DNA from: the human T2T-CHM13v2.0 reference genome, Homo sapiens
Assembly (NCBI RefSeq): GCF_009914755.1
Contig: NC_060925.1
Length of the DNA stretch: 64,000 bases
Reading direction: 5' to 3' (one strand)
Below, piece after piece: positions 13,810-27,490 of the stretch. The notes below the pieces were generated by a model, which was not told where the DNA came from, made no database searches, and saw only the letters and a list, made by a program, of their open reading frames with translations. The translations under genes were made by a program, and so were the position numbers. Position 1 is the stretch's first letter, and each line of letters starts with the position of its first letter.

Positions 13810-16800
13810 TACCATTGACCTCAAAGCGGCTGAAATCTCCACTTGCAAATTCCACAAAAAGAGTGTTTCAAGTCTGCTCTGTGTAAAGGATCGTTCAACT
13901 CTGTGAGTTGAATACACACAACACAAGGAAGTTACTGAGAATTCTTCTGTCTAGCAGAATATGAAGAAATCCCGTTTCCAACGAAGGCCTCTAGGAGGTC
14001 TGAATATCCACTTGCAGACTTTACAAACAGAGTGTTTCCTAACTGCTCTATGAACAGAAAGGTTAAACTCTGTGAGTTGAACGAACACATCACAACGCAG
14101 TTTGTGGGAATGATTCTGTCTAGTTTTGAAACGAAGATATTTCCTTTTCTGCCGTTGACCTTAAAGCGCTTGAAATCTACACTTGCAAATTGCACAAATA
14201 GAGTGTTTCAAATCTGCTCTGTCTAAGGGAACGTTCAACTCTGTGAGTTGAATGCACACAACACAAGGAAGTTACTGGGAATTCTTCTGCCTAGCCTTAC
14301 ATGAAAAAAACCCGTTTCCAACGAAGGCCTCTAAGTGGTCAAAATATCCACGTGCAGACTTTACAAACAGAGTGTTTCAGAACCGCTGAATGAAAAGAAA
14401 AGTTAAACTCTGAGAGTTGAACGCACACATCACGCAGCAGTTTCTGAGAATGATTCTGTCTAGTTTTTATACGAAGATATTTCCTTTTCTGCCTTTGGCC
14501 CCAAAGCGCTTGAAATCTCCACTTGCAAATTCCACAAAAACAGTGTTTCAAATCTGCTCTCTCTAAATGAAAGTTCAACTCTGTCAGTTGAATACACACA
14601 ACACAAGGAAGTTACTGAGAATTCTTCTGTCTAGCATAATATGAAGAAATCCCGTTTCCAACGAAGGCCTCCAAGGGGTCTGAATATCCACTTGCAGACT
14701 TTATAAACAGAGTGTTTACTAACTGCTCTATGAAAAGAAAGGTTAAACTCTGTGAGTTGAACACACACATCACAAAGGAGTTTCTGAGAATCATTCTGTC
14801 TAGTTTTTCTACGAAGATATTTCCTTTTCTACTATTGACCTGAAAGCGGCTGAAATCTCCACTTGCAAATTCCACAAAAAGAGTGTTTCAAGTCTGCTCT
14901 GTGTAAAGGATCGTTCAACTCTGTGAGTTGAATACACACAACACAAGGAAGTTACTGAGAATTCTTCTGTCTAGCAGAATAGGAAGAAATCCCGTTTCCA
15001 ACGAAGGCCTCAAAGAGGTCTGAATATCCACTTGCAGACTTTACAAACAGAGTGTTTCCTAACTGCTCTATGAAAAGAAAAGTTAAACTCTGTGAGTTGA
15101 ACGCACACATCACAAAGGAGTTTCTGAGAATCGTTCTGTCTAGTTTCTATAGGAAGATATTTCCTATTCTACCATTGACCTCAAAGCGGCTGAAATCTCC
15201 AGTTGCAAATTCCACAAAAAGAATGTTTCAAGTCTGCTCTGTGTAAAGGATCGTTCAACTCTGTGAGTTGAATACACACAACACAAGGAAGTTACTGAGA
15301 ATTATTCTGTCTAGCATAATATGAAGAAATCCCGTTTCCAACGAAGGCCTCAAAGAGGTCTGAATATCCACTTGCAGACTTTACAAACAGAGTGTTTCCT
15401 AACTGCTCTATGAAAAGAAAAGTTAAACTTTGTGAGTTGAACGCACACATCACAAAGGAGTTTATGAGAATCATTCTGTCTAGTCTTTATACGAAGATAT
15501 TTCCTTTTCTACCATTGACCTCAAAGCGGCTGAAATCTCCACTTGCAAATTCCACAAAAAGAGTGTTTCAAGTCTGCTCTGTGTAAAGGATCGTTCAACT
15601 CTGTGAGATGAATACACACAACACAAGGAAGTTACTGAGAATTCTTCTGTCTAGCAGAATATGAAGAAATCCCGTTTCCAACGAAGGCCTCAAGGAGGTC
15701 TGAATATCCACTTGCAGACTTTACAAACAGAGTGTTTCCTAACTGCTCTATGAACAGAAAGGTTAAACTCTGTGAGTTGAACGCACACATCACAAAGGAG
15801 TTTCTGAGAATCATTCTGTCTAGTCTTTATACGAAGATATTTACTTTTCTACCATTGACCTCAAAGCGGCTGAAATCTCCACTTGCAAATTCCACAAAAA
15901 GAGTGTTTCAAGTCTGCTCTGTGTAAAGGATCATTCAACTCTGTGAGTTGAATAAACACAACACAAGGAAGTTACTGAGAATTCTTCTGTCTAGCAGAAT
16001 ATGAAGAAATCCCGTTTCCAACGAAGGCCTCAAGGAGGTCTGAATATCCACTTGCAGACTTTACAAACAGAGTGTTTCCTAACTGCTCTATGAAAAGAAA
16101 GGTTAAACTGTGAGTTGAACGCACACATCACAAAGGAGTTTATGAGAATCATTCTGTCTAGTTTCTATAAGAAGATATTTCCTATTCTACCATTGACCTC
16201 AAAGCGGCTGAAATCTCCACTTGCAAATTCGACAAACAGAGTGTTTCAAGCCTGCTCTCTGTAAAGGATCCTTCAACTCTGTGAGTTGAATACACACAAC
16301 ACAAGGAAGTTACTGAGAATTATTCTGTTTAGCATAATATGAAGAAATCCCGTTTCCAACGAAGGCCTCAAAGAGGTCTGAATATCCACTTGCAGACTTT
16401 ACAAACAGAGTGTTTCCTAACTGCTCTATGAGAAGAAAAGTTAAACTCTGTGAGTTGAACGCACACATCACAAAAGATTTTCTGAGAATCATTCTGTCTA
16501 GTCTTTATATGAAGATAGTTTCCTTTTCTACCATTGACCTCAAAGCGGCTGAAATCTCCACTTGCAAATTCCACAAAAAGAGTGTTTCAAGTCTGCTCTG
16601 TGTAAAGGATCGTTCAACTCTGTGAGTTGAATACACACAACACAAGGAAGTTACTGAGAATTCTTCTGTCTAGCAGAATAGGAAGAAATCCCGTTTCCAA
16701 CGAAGGCCACAAGATGTCAGAATATCCACTTACAGACTTTACAAACAGAGTGTTTCCTAACTGCTCTATGAAGAGAAAGGTTAAACTCTGTGAGTTGAAC

Positions 16801-19800
16801 GAACACATCACAACGCAGTTTGTGGGAATGATTCTGTCTAGTTTTGAAACGAAGATATTTCCTTTTCTGCCGTTGACCTTAAAGCGCTTGAAATCTACAC
16901 TTGCAAATTGCACAAATAGAGTGTTTCAAATCTGCTCTGTCTAAGGGAACGTTCAACTCTGTGAGTTGAATGCACACAACACAAGGAAGTTACTGGGAAT
17001 TCTTCTGTCTAGCCTTACATGAAAAAAACCCGTTTCCAACGAAGGCCTCTAAGTGGTCAAAATATCCACGTGCAGACTTTACAAACAGAGTGTTTCCAAA
17101 CCGCTGAATGAAAAGAAAAGTTAAACTCTGTGAGTTGAACGCACACATCACAAAGGAGTTTCTGAGAATCATTCTGTCTAGTCTTTATACGAAGATATTT
17201 CCTATTCTACCATTGACCTCAAAGCGGCTGAAATCTCCACTTGCAAATTCCACAAAAAGAGTGTTTCAAGTCTGCTCTGTGTAAAGGATCATTCAACTCT
17301 GTGAGTTGAATAAACACAACACAAGGAAGTTACTGAGAATTCTTCTGTCTAGCAGAATATGAAGAAATCCCGTTTCCAACGAAGGCCTCAAGGAGGTCTG
17401 AATATCCACTTGCAGACTTTTCAAACAGAGTGTTTCCTAACTGCTCTATGAAAAGAAAGGTTAAACTCTGTGAGTTGAACGCACACATCACAAAGGAGTT
17501 TATGAGAATCATTCTGTCTAGTTTCTATAAGAAGATATTTCCTATTCTACCATTGACCTCAAAGCGGCTGAAATCTCCACTTGCAAATTCGACAAAAAGA
17601 GTGTTTCAAGCCTGCTCTCTGTAAAGGATCCTTCAACTCTGTGAGTTGAATACACACAACACAAGGAAGTTACTGAGAATTATTCTGTCTTGCAAAATAT
17701 GAAGAAATCCCGTTTCCAACGAAGGCCTCAAGAGGTCTGAATATCCACTTGCAGACTTTACAAACAGAGTGTTTCCTAACTGCTCTATGAGAAGAAAAGT
17801 TAAACTCTGTGAGTTGAACGCACACATCACAAAAGATTTTCTGAGAATCATTCTGTCTAGTCTTTATATGAAGATAGTTTCCTTTTCTACCATTGACCTC
17901 AAAGCGGCTGAAATCTCCACTTGCAAATTCCACAAAAAGAGTGTTTCAAGTCTGCTCTGTGTAAAGGATCGTTCAACTCTGTGAGTTGAATACACACAAC
18001 ACAAGGAAGTTACTGAGAATTCTTCTGTCTAGCAGAATATGAAGAAATCCCGTTTCCAACGAAGGCCACAAGATGTCAGAATATCCACTTAGAGACTTTA
18101 CAAACAGAGTGTTTCCTAACTGCTCTATGAACAGAAAGGTTAAACTCTGTGAGTTGAACGAACACATCACAACGCAGTTTGTGGGAATGATTCTGTCTAG
18201 TTTTGAAACGAAGATATTTCCTTTTCTGCCGTTGACCTTAAAGCGCTTGAAATCTACACTTGCAAATTGCACAAATAGAGTGTTTCAAATCTGCTCTGTC
18301 TAAGGGAACGTTGAACTCTGTGAGTTGAATGCACACAACACAAGGAAGTTACTGGGAATTCTTCTGCCTAGCCTTACATGAAAAAAACCCGTTTCCAACG
18401 AAGGCCTCTAAGTGGTCAAAATATCCACGTGCAGACTTTACAAACAGAGTGTTTCAGAACCGCTGAATGAAAAGAAAAGTTAAACTCTGAGAGTTGAACG
18501 CACACATCACGCAGCAGATTCTGAGAATGATTCTGTCTAGTTTTTATACGAAGATATTTCCTTTTCTGCCTTTGGCCCCAAAGCGCTTGAAATCTCCACT
18601 TGCAAATTCCACAAAAACAGTGTTTCAAATCTGCTCTCTCTAAATGAAAGTTCAACTCTGTCAGTTGAATACACACAACACAAGGAAGTTACTGAGAATT
18701 CTTCAGTCTAGCATAATATGAAGAAATCCCGTTTCCAACGAAGGCCTCCAAGGGGTCTGAATATCCACTTGCAGACTTTATAAACAGAGTGTTTACTAAC
18801 TGCTCTATGAAAAGAAAGGTTAAACTCTGTGAGTTGAACACACACATCACAAAGGAGTTTCTGAGAATCATTCTGTCTAGTTTTTCTACGAAGATATTTC
18901 CTTTTCTACTATTGACCTCAAAGCGGCTGAAATCTCCACTTGCAAATTCCACAAAAAGAGTGTTTCAAGTCTGCTCTGTGTAAAGGATCGTTCAACTCTG
19001 TGAGTAGAATACACACAACACAAGGAAGTTACTGAGAATTCTTCTGTCTAGCAGAATATGAAGAAATCCCGTTTCCAACGAAGGCCTCAAAGAGGTCTGA
19101 ATATCCACTTGCAGACTTTACAAACAGAGTGTTTCCTAACTGCTCTATGAAAAGAAAGGTTAAACTCTGTGAGTTGAACGCACACATCACAAAGGAGTTT
19201 CTGAGAATCATTCTGTCTAGTTTCTATAGGAAGATATTTCCTATTCTACCATTGACCTCAAAGCGGCTGAAATCTCCAATTGCAAATTCCACAAAAAGAG
19301 TGTTTCAAGTCTGCTCTGTGTAAAGGATCGTTCAACTCTGTGAGTTGAATACACACAACACAAGGAAGTTACAGAGAATTCTTCTGTCTAGCAGAATATG
19401 AAGAAATCCTGTTTCCAACGAAGGCCTCAAGGAGGTCTGAATATCCACTTGCAGACTTTACAAACAGAGTGTTGCCTAACTGCTCTATGAACAGAAAGGT
19501 TAAACTCTGTGAGTTGAACGCACACATCACAAAGGAGTTTCTGAGAATCATTCTGTCTAGTCTTTATACGAAGATATTTACTTTTCTACCATTGACCTCA
19601 AAGCGGCTGAAATCTCCACTTGCAAATTCCACAAAAAGAGTGTTTCAAGTCTGCTCTGTGTAAAGGATCATTCAACTCTGTGAGTTGAATAAACACAACA
19701 CAAGGAAGTTACTGAGAATTCTTCTGTCTAGCAGAATATGAAGAAATCCCGTTTCCAACGAAGGCCTCAAGGAGGTCTGAATATCCACTTGCAGACTTTA

Positions 19801-22800
19801 CAAACAGAGTGTTTCCTAACTGCTCTATGAACAGAAAGGTTAAACTCTGTGAGTTGAACGCACACATCACAAAGGAGTTTATGAGAATCATTCTGTCTAG
19901 TTTCTATAAGAAGATATTTCCTATTCTACCATTGACCTCAAAGCGGCTGAAATCTCCACTTGCAAATTCGACAAAAAGAGTGTTTCAAGCCTGCTCTCTG
20001 TAAAGGATCCTTCAACTCTGTGAGTTGAATACACACAACACAAGGAAGTTACTGAGAATTATTCTGTCTAGCATAATATGAAGAAATCCCGTTTCCAACG
20101 AAGGCCTCAAAGAGGTCTGAATATCCACTTGCAGACTTTACAAACAGAGTGTTTCCTAACTGCTCTATGAGAAGAAAAGTTAAACTCTGTGAGTTGAACG
20201 CACACATCACAAAAGATTTTCTGAGAATCATTCTGTCTAGTCTTTATATGAAGATAGTTTCCTTTTCTACCATTGACCTCAAAGCGGCTGAAATCTCCAC
20301 TTGCAAATTCCACAAAAAGAGTGTTTCAAGTCTGCTCTGTGTAAAGGATCGTTCAACTCTGTGAGTTGAATACACACAACACAAGGAAGTTACTGAGAAT
20401 TCTTCTGTCTAGCAGAATACGAAGAAATCCCGTTTCCAACGAAGGCCTCTAGGAGGTCTGAATATCCACTTGCAGACTTTACAAACAGAGTGTTTCCTAA
20501 CTGCTCTATGAACAGAAAGGTTAAACTCTGTGAGTTGAACGAACACATCACAACGCAGTTTGTGGGAATGATTCTGTCTAGTTTTGAAACGAAGATATTT
20601 CCTTTTCTGCCGTTGACCTTAAAGCGCTTGAAATCTACACTTGCAAATTGCACAAATAGAGTGTTTCAAATCTGCTCTGTCTAAGGGAACGTTCAACTCT
20701 GTGAGTTGAATGCACACAACACAAGGAAGTTACTGGGAATTCTTCTGCCTAGCCTTACATGAAAAAAACCCGTTTCCAACGAAGGCCTCTAAGTGGTCAA
20801 AATATCCACGTGCAGACTTTACAAACAGAGTGTTTCAGAACCGCTGAATGAAAAGAAAAGTTAAACTCTGAGAGTTGAACGCACACATCACGCAGCAGTT
20901 TCTGAGAATGATTCTGTCTAGTTTTTATACGAAGATATTTCCTTTTCTGCCTTTGGCCCCAAAGCGCTTGAAATCTCCACTTGCAAATTCCACAAAAACA
21001 GTGTTTCAAATCTGCTCTCTCTAAATGAAAGTTCAACTCTGTCAGTTGAATACACACAACACAAGGAAGTTACTGAGAATTCTTCTGTCTAGCATAATAT
21101 GAAGAAATCCCGTTTCCAACGAAGGCCTCCAAGGGGTCTGAATATCCACTTGCAGACTTTATAAACAGAGTGTTTACTAACTGCTCTATGAAAAGAAAGG
21201 TTAAACTCTGTGAGTTGAACACACACATCACAAAGGAGTTTCTGAGAATCATTCTGTCTAGTTTTTCTACGAAGATATTTCCTTTTCTACTATTGACCTG
21301 AAAGCGGCTGAAATCTCCACTTGCAAATTCCACAAAAAGAGTGTTTCAAGTCTGCTCTGTGTAAAGGATCGTTCAACTCTGTGAGTTGAATACACACAAC
21401 ACAAGGAAGTTACTGAGAATTCTTCTGTCTAGCAGAATAGGAAGAAATCCCGTTTCCAACGAAGGCCTCAAAGAGGTCTGAATATCCACTTGCAGACTTT
21501 ACAAACAGAGTGTTTCCTAACTGCTCTATGAAAAGAAAAGTTAAACTCTGTGAGTTGAACGCACACATCACAAAGGAGTTTCTGAGAATCGTTCTGTCTA
21601 GTTTCTATAGGAAGATATTTCCTATTCTACCATTGACCTCAAAGCGGCTGAAATCTCCAGTTGCAAATTCCACAAAAAGAATGTTTCAAGTCTGCTCTGT
21701 GTAAAGGATCGTTCAACTCTGTGAGTTGAATACACACAACACAAGGAAGTTACTGAGAATTATTCTGTCTAGCATAATATGAAGAAATCCCGTTTCCAAC
21801 GAAGGCCTCAAAGAGGTCTGAATATCCACTTGCAGACTTTACAAACAGAGTGTTTCCTAACTGCTCTATGAAAAGAAAAGTTAAACTTTGTGAGTTGAAC
21901 GCACACATCACAAAGGAGTTTATGAGAATCATTCTGTCTAGTCTTTATACGAAGATATTTCCTTTTCTACCATTGACCTCAAAGCGGCTGAAATCTCCAC
22001 TTGCAAATTCCACAAAAAGAGTGTTTCAAGTCTGCTCTGTGTAAAGGATCGTTCAACTCTGTGAGATGAATACACACAACACAAGGAAGTTACTGAGAAT
22101 TCTTCTGTCTAGCAGAATATGAAGAAATCCCGTTTCCAACGAAGGCCTCAAGGAGGTCTGAATATCCACTTGCAGACTTTACAAACAGAGTGTTTCCTAA
22201 CTGCTCTATGAACAGAAAGGTTAAACTCTGTGAGTTGAACGCACACATCACAAAGGAGTTTCTGAGAATCATTCTGTCTAGTCTTTATACGAAGATATTT
22301 ACTTTTCTACCATTGACCTCAAAGCGGCTGAAATCTCCACTTGCAAATTCCACAAAAAGAGTGTTTCAAGTCTGCTCTGTGTAAAGGATCATTCAACTCT
22401 GTGAGTTGAATAAACACAACACAAGGAAGTTACTGAGAATTCTTCTGTCTAGCAGAATATGAAGAAATCCCGTTTCCAACGAAGGCCTCAAGGAGGTCTG
22501 AATATCCACTTGCAGACTTTACAAACAGAGTGTTTCCTAACTGCTCTATGAAAAGAAAGGTTAAACTGTGAGTTGAACGCACACATCACAAAGGAGTTTA
22601 TGAGAATCATTCTGTCTAGTTTCTATAAGAAGATATTTCCTATTCTACCATTGACCTCAAAGCGGCTGAAATCTCCACTTGCAAATTCGACAAACAGAGT
22701 GTTTCAAGCCTGCTCTCTGTAAAGGATCCTTCAACTCTGTGAGTTGAATACACACAACACAAGGAAGTTACTGAGAATTATTCTGTTTAGCATAATATGA

Positions 22801-25800
22801 AGAAATCCCGTTTCCAACGAAGGCCTCAAAGAGGTCTGAATATCCACTTGCAGACTTTACAAACAGAGTGTTTCCTAACTGCTCTATGAGAAGAAAAGTT
22901 AAACTCTGTGAGTTGAACGCACACATCACAAAAGATTTTCTGAGAATCATTCTGTCTAGTCTTTATATGAAGATAGTTTCCTTTTCTACCATTGACCTCA
23001 AAGCGGCTGAAATCTCCACTTGCAAATTCCACAAAAAGAGTGTTTCAAGTCTGCTCTGTGTAAAGGATCGTTCAACTCTGTGAGTTGAATACACACAACA
23101 CAAGGAAGTTACTGAGAATTCTTCTGTCTAGCAGAATAGGAAGAAATCCCGTTTCCAACGAAGGCCACAAGATGTCAGAATATCCACTTACAGACTTTAC
23201 AAACAGAGTGTTTCCTAACTGCTCTATGAAGAGAAAGGTTAAACTCTGTGAGTTGAACGAACACATCACAACGCAGTTTGTGGGAATGATTCTGTCTAGT
23301 TTTGAAACGAAGATATTTCCTTTTCTGCCGTTGACCTTAAAGCGCTTGAAATCTACACTTGCAAATTGCACAAATAGAGTGTTTCAAATCTGCTCTGTCT
23401 AAGGGAACGTTCAACTCTGTGAGTTGAATGCACACAACACAAGGAAGTTACTGGGAATTCTTCTGTCTAGCCTTACATGAAAAAAACCCGTTTCCAACGA
23501 AGGCCTCTAAGTGGTCAAAATATCCACGTGCAGACTTTACAAACAGAGTGTTTCCAAACCGCTGAATGAAAAGAAAAGTTAAACTCTGTGAGTTGAACGC
23601 ACACATCACAAAGGAGTTTCTGAGAATCATTCTGTCTAGTCTTTATACGAAGATATTTCCTATTCTACCATTGACCTCAAAGCGGCTGAAATCTCCACTT
23701 GCAAATTCCACAAAAAGAGTGTTTCAAGTCTGCTCTGTGTAAAGGATCATTCAACTCTGTGAGTTGAATAAACACAACACAAGGAAGTTACTGAGAATTC
23801 TTCTGTCTAGCAGAATATGAAGAAATCCCGTTTCCAACGAAGGCCTCAAGGAGGTCTGAATATCCACTTGCAGACTTTTCAAACAGAGTGTTTCCTAACT
23901 GCTCTATGAAAAGAAAGGTTAAACTCTGTGAGTTGAACGCACACATCACAAAGGAGTTTATGAGAATCATTCTGTCTAGTTTCTATAAGAAGATATTTCC
24001 TATTCTACCATTGACCTCAAAGCGGCTGAAATCTCCACTTGCAAATTCGACAAAAAGAGTGTTTCAAGCCTGCTCTCTGTAAAGGATCCTTCAACTCTGT
24101 GAGTTGAATACACACAACACAAGGAAGTTACTGAGAATTATTCTGTCTTGCAAAATATGAAGAAATCCCGTTTCCAACGAAGGCCTCAAGAGGTCTGAAT
24201 ATCCACTTGCAGACTTTACAAACAGAGTGTTTCCTAACTGCTCTATGAGAAGAAAAGTTAAACTCTGTGAGTTGAACGCACACATCACAAAAGATTTTCT
24301 GAGAATCATTCTGTCTAGTCTTTATATGAAGATAGTTTCCTTTTCTACCATTGACCTCAAAGCGGCTGAAATCTCCACTTGCAAATTCCACAAAAAGAGT
24401 GTTTCAAGTCTGCTCTGTGTAAAGGATCGTTCAACTCTGTGAGTTGAATACACACAACACAAGGAAGTTACTGAGAATTCTTCTGTCTAGCAGAATATGA
24501 AGAAATCCCGTTTCCAACGAAGGCCACAAGATGTCAGAATATCCACTTAGAGACTTTACAAACAGAGTGTTTCCTAACTGCTCTATGAACAGAAAGGTTA
24601 AACTCTGTGAGTTGAACGAACACATCACAACGCAGTTTGTGGGAATGATTCTGTCTAGTTTTGAAACGAAGATATTTCCTTTTCTGCCGTTGACCTTAAA
24701 GCGCTTGAAATCTACACTTGCAAATTGCACAAATAGAGTGTTTCAAATCTGCTCTGTCTAAGGGAACGTTGAACTCTGTGAGTTGAATGCACACAACACA
24801 AGGAAGTTACTGGGAATTCTTCTGCCTAGCCTTACATGAAAAAAACCCGTTTCCAACGAAGGCCTCTAAGTGGTCAAAATATCCACGTGCAGACTTTACA
24901 AACAGAGTGTTTCAGAACCGCTGAATGAAAAGAAAAGTTAAACTCTGAGAGTTGAACGCACACATCACGCAGCAGATTCTGAGAATGATTCTGTCTAGTT
25001 TTTATACGAAGATATTTCCTTTTCTGCCTTTGGCCCCAAAGCGCTTGAAATCTCCACTTGCAAATTCCACAAAAACAGTGTTTCAAATCTGCTCTCTCTA
25101 AATGAAAGTTCAACTCTGTCAGTTGAATACACACAACACAAGGAAGTTACTGAGAATTCTTCAGTCTAGCATAATATGAAGAAATCCCGTTTCCAACGAA
25201 GGCCTCCAAGGGGTCTGAATATCCACTTGCAGACTTTATAAACAGAGTGTTTACTAACTGCTCTATGAAAAGAAAGGTTAAACTCTGTGAGTTGAACACA
25301 CACATCACAAAGGAGTTTCTGAGAATCATTCTGTCTAGTTTTTCTACGAAGATATTTCCTTTTCTACTATTGACCTCAAAGCGGCTGAAATCTCCACTTG
25401 CAAATTCCACAAAAAGAGTGTTTCAAGTCTGCTCTGTGTAAAGGATCGTTCAACTCTGTGAGTAGAATACACACAACACAAGGAAGTTACTGAGAATTCT
25501 TCTGTCTAGCAGAATATGAAGAAATCCCGTTTCCAACGAAGGCCTCAAAGAGGTCTGAATATCCACTTGCAGACTTTACAAACAGAGTGTTTCCTAACTG
25601 CTCTATGAAAAGAAAGGTTAAACTCTGTGAGTTGAACGCACACATCACAAAGGAGTTTCTGAGAATCATTCTGTCTAGTTTCTATAGGAAGATATTTCCT
25701 ATTCTACCATTGACCTCAAAGCGGCTGAAATCTCCAATTGCAAATTCCACAAAAAGAGTGTTTCAAGTCTGCTCTGTGTAAAGGATCGTTCAACTCTGTG

Positions 25801-27490
25801 AGTTGAATACACACAACACAAGGAAGTTACAGAGAATTCTTCTGTCTAGCAGAATATGAAGAAATCCTGTTTCCAACGAAGGCCTCAAGGAGGTCTGAAT
25901 ATCCACTTGCAGACTTTACAAACAGAGTGTTGCCTAACTGCTCTATGAACAGAAAGGTTAAACTCTGTGAGTTGAACGCACACATCACAAAGGAGTTTCT
26001 GAGAATCATTCTGTCTAGTCTTTATACGAAGATATTTACTTTTCTACCATTGACCTCAAAGCGGCTGAAATCTCCACTTGCAAATTCCACAAAAAGAGTG
26101 TTTCAAGTCTGCTCTGTGTAAAGGATCATTCAACTCTGTGAGTTGAATAAACACAACACAAGGAAGTTACTGAGAATTCTTCTGTCTAGCAGAATATGAA
26201 GAAATCCCGTTTCCAACGAAGGCCTCAAGGAGGTCTGAATATCCACTTGCAGACTTTACAAACAGAGTGTTTCCTAACTGCTCTATGAACAGAAAGGTTA
26301 AACTCTGTGAGTTGAACGCACACATCACAAAGGAGTTTATGAGAATCATTCTGTCTAGTTTCTATAAGAAGATATTTCCTATTCTACCATTGACCTCAAA
26401 GCGGCTGAAATCTCCACTTGCAAATTCGACAAAAAGAGTGTTTCAAGCCTGCTCTCTGTAAAGGATCCTTCAACTCTGTGAGTTGAATACACACAACACA
26501 AGGAAGTTACTGAGAATTATTCTGTCTAGCATAATATGAAGAAATCCCGTTTCCAACGAAGGCCTCAAAGAGGTCTGAATATCCACTTGCAGACTTTACA
26601 AACAGAGTGTTTCCTAACTGCTCTATGAGAAGAAAAGTTAAACTCTGTGAGTTGAACGCACACATCACAAAAGATTTTCTGAGAATCATTCTGTCTAGTC
26701 TTTATATGAAGATAGTTTCCTTTTCTACCATTGACCTCAAAGCGGCTGAAATCTCCACTTGCAAATTCCACAAAAAGAGTGTTTCAAGTCTGCTCTGTGT
26801 AAAGAATCGTTCAACTCTGTGAGTTGAATACACACAACACAAGGAAGTTACTGAGAATTCTTCTGTCTAGCAGAATACGAAGAAATCCCGTTTCCAACGA
26901 AGGCCTCTAGGAGGTCTGAATATCCACTTGCAGACTTTACAAACAGAGTGTTTCCTAACTGCTCTATGAACAGAAAGGTTAAACTCTGTGAGTTGAACGA
27001 ACACATCACAACGCAGTTTGTGGGAATGATTCTGTCTAGTTTTGAAACGAAGATATTTCCTTTTCTGCCGTTGACCTTAAAGCGCTTGAAATCTACACTT
27101 GCAAATTGCACAAATAGAGTGTTTCAAATCTGCTCTGTCTAAGGGAACGTTCAACTCTGTGAGTTGAATGCACACAACACAAGGAAGTTACTGGGAATTC
27201 TTCTGCCTAGCCTTACATGAAAAAAACCCGTTTCCAACGAAGGCCTCTAAGTGGTCAAAATATCCACGTGCAGACTTTACAAACAGAGTGTTTCAGAACC
27301 GCTGAATGAAAAGAAAAGTTAAACTCTGAGAGTTGAACGCACACATCACGCAGCAGTTTCTGAGAATGATTCTGTCTAGTTTTTATACGAAGATATTTCC
27401 TTTTCTGCCTTTGGCCCCAAAGCGCTTGAAATCTCCACTTGCAAATTCCACAAAAACAGTGTTTCAAATCTGCTCTCTCTAAATGAAAGT
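13810..27490 (-). repeat. Tandem duplication, 6458-bp (38-monomer = 16+8+14) unit, ~2.1 copies
   Basis: Private variants at +6458: GACCTGAAAG, 2-bp deletion (16110/22568), hybrid B dimer (17130/23588), 1-bp deletion (17730/24188), TCCTGTTTCC (19410/25868). Confidence 0.93.
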
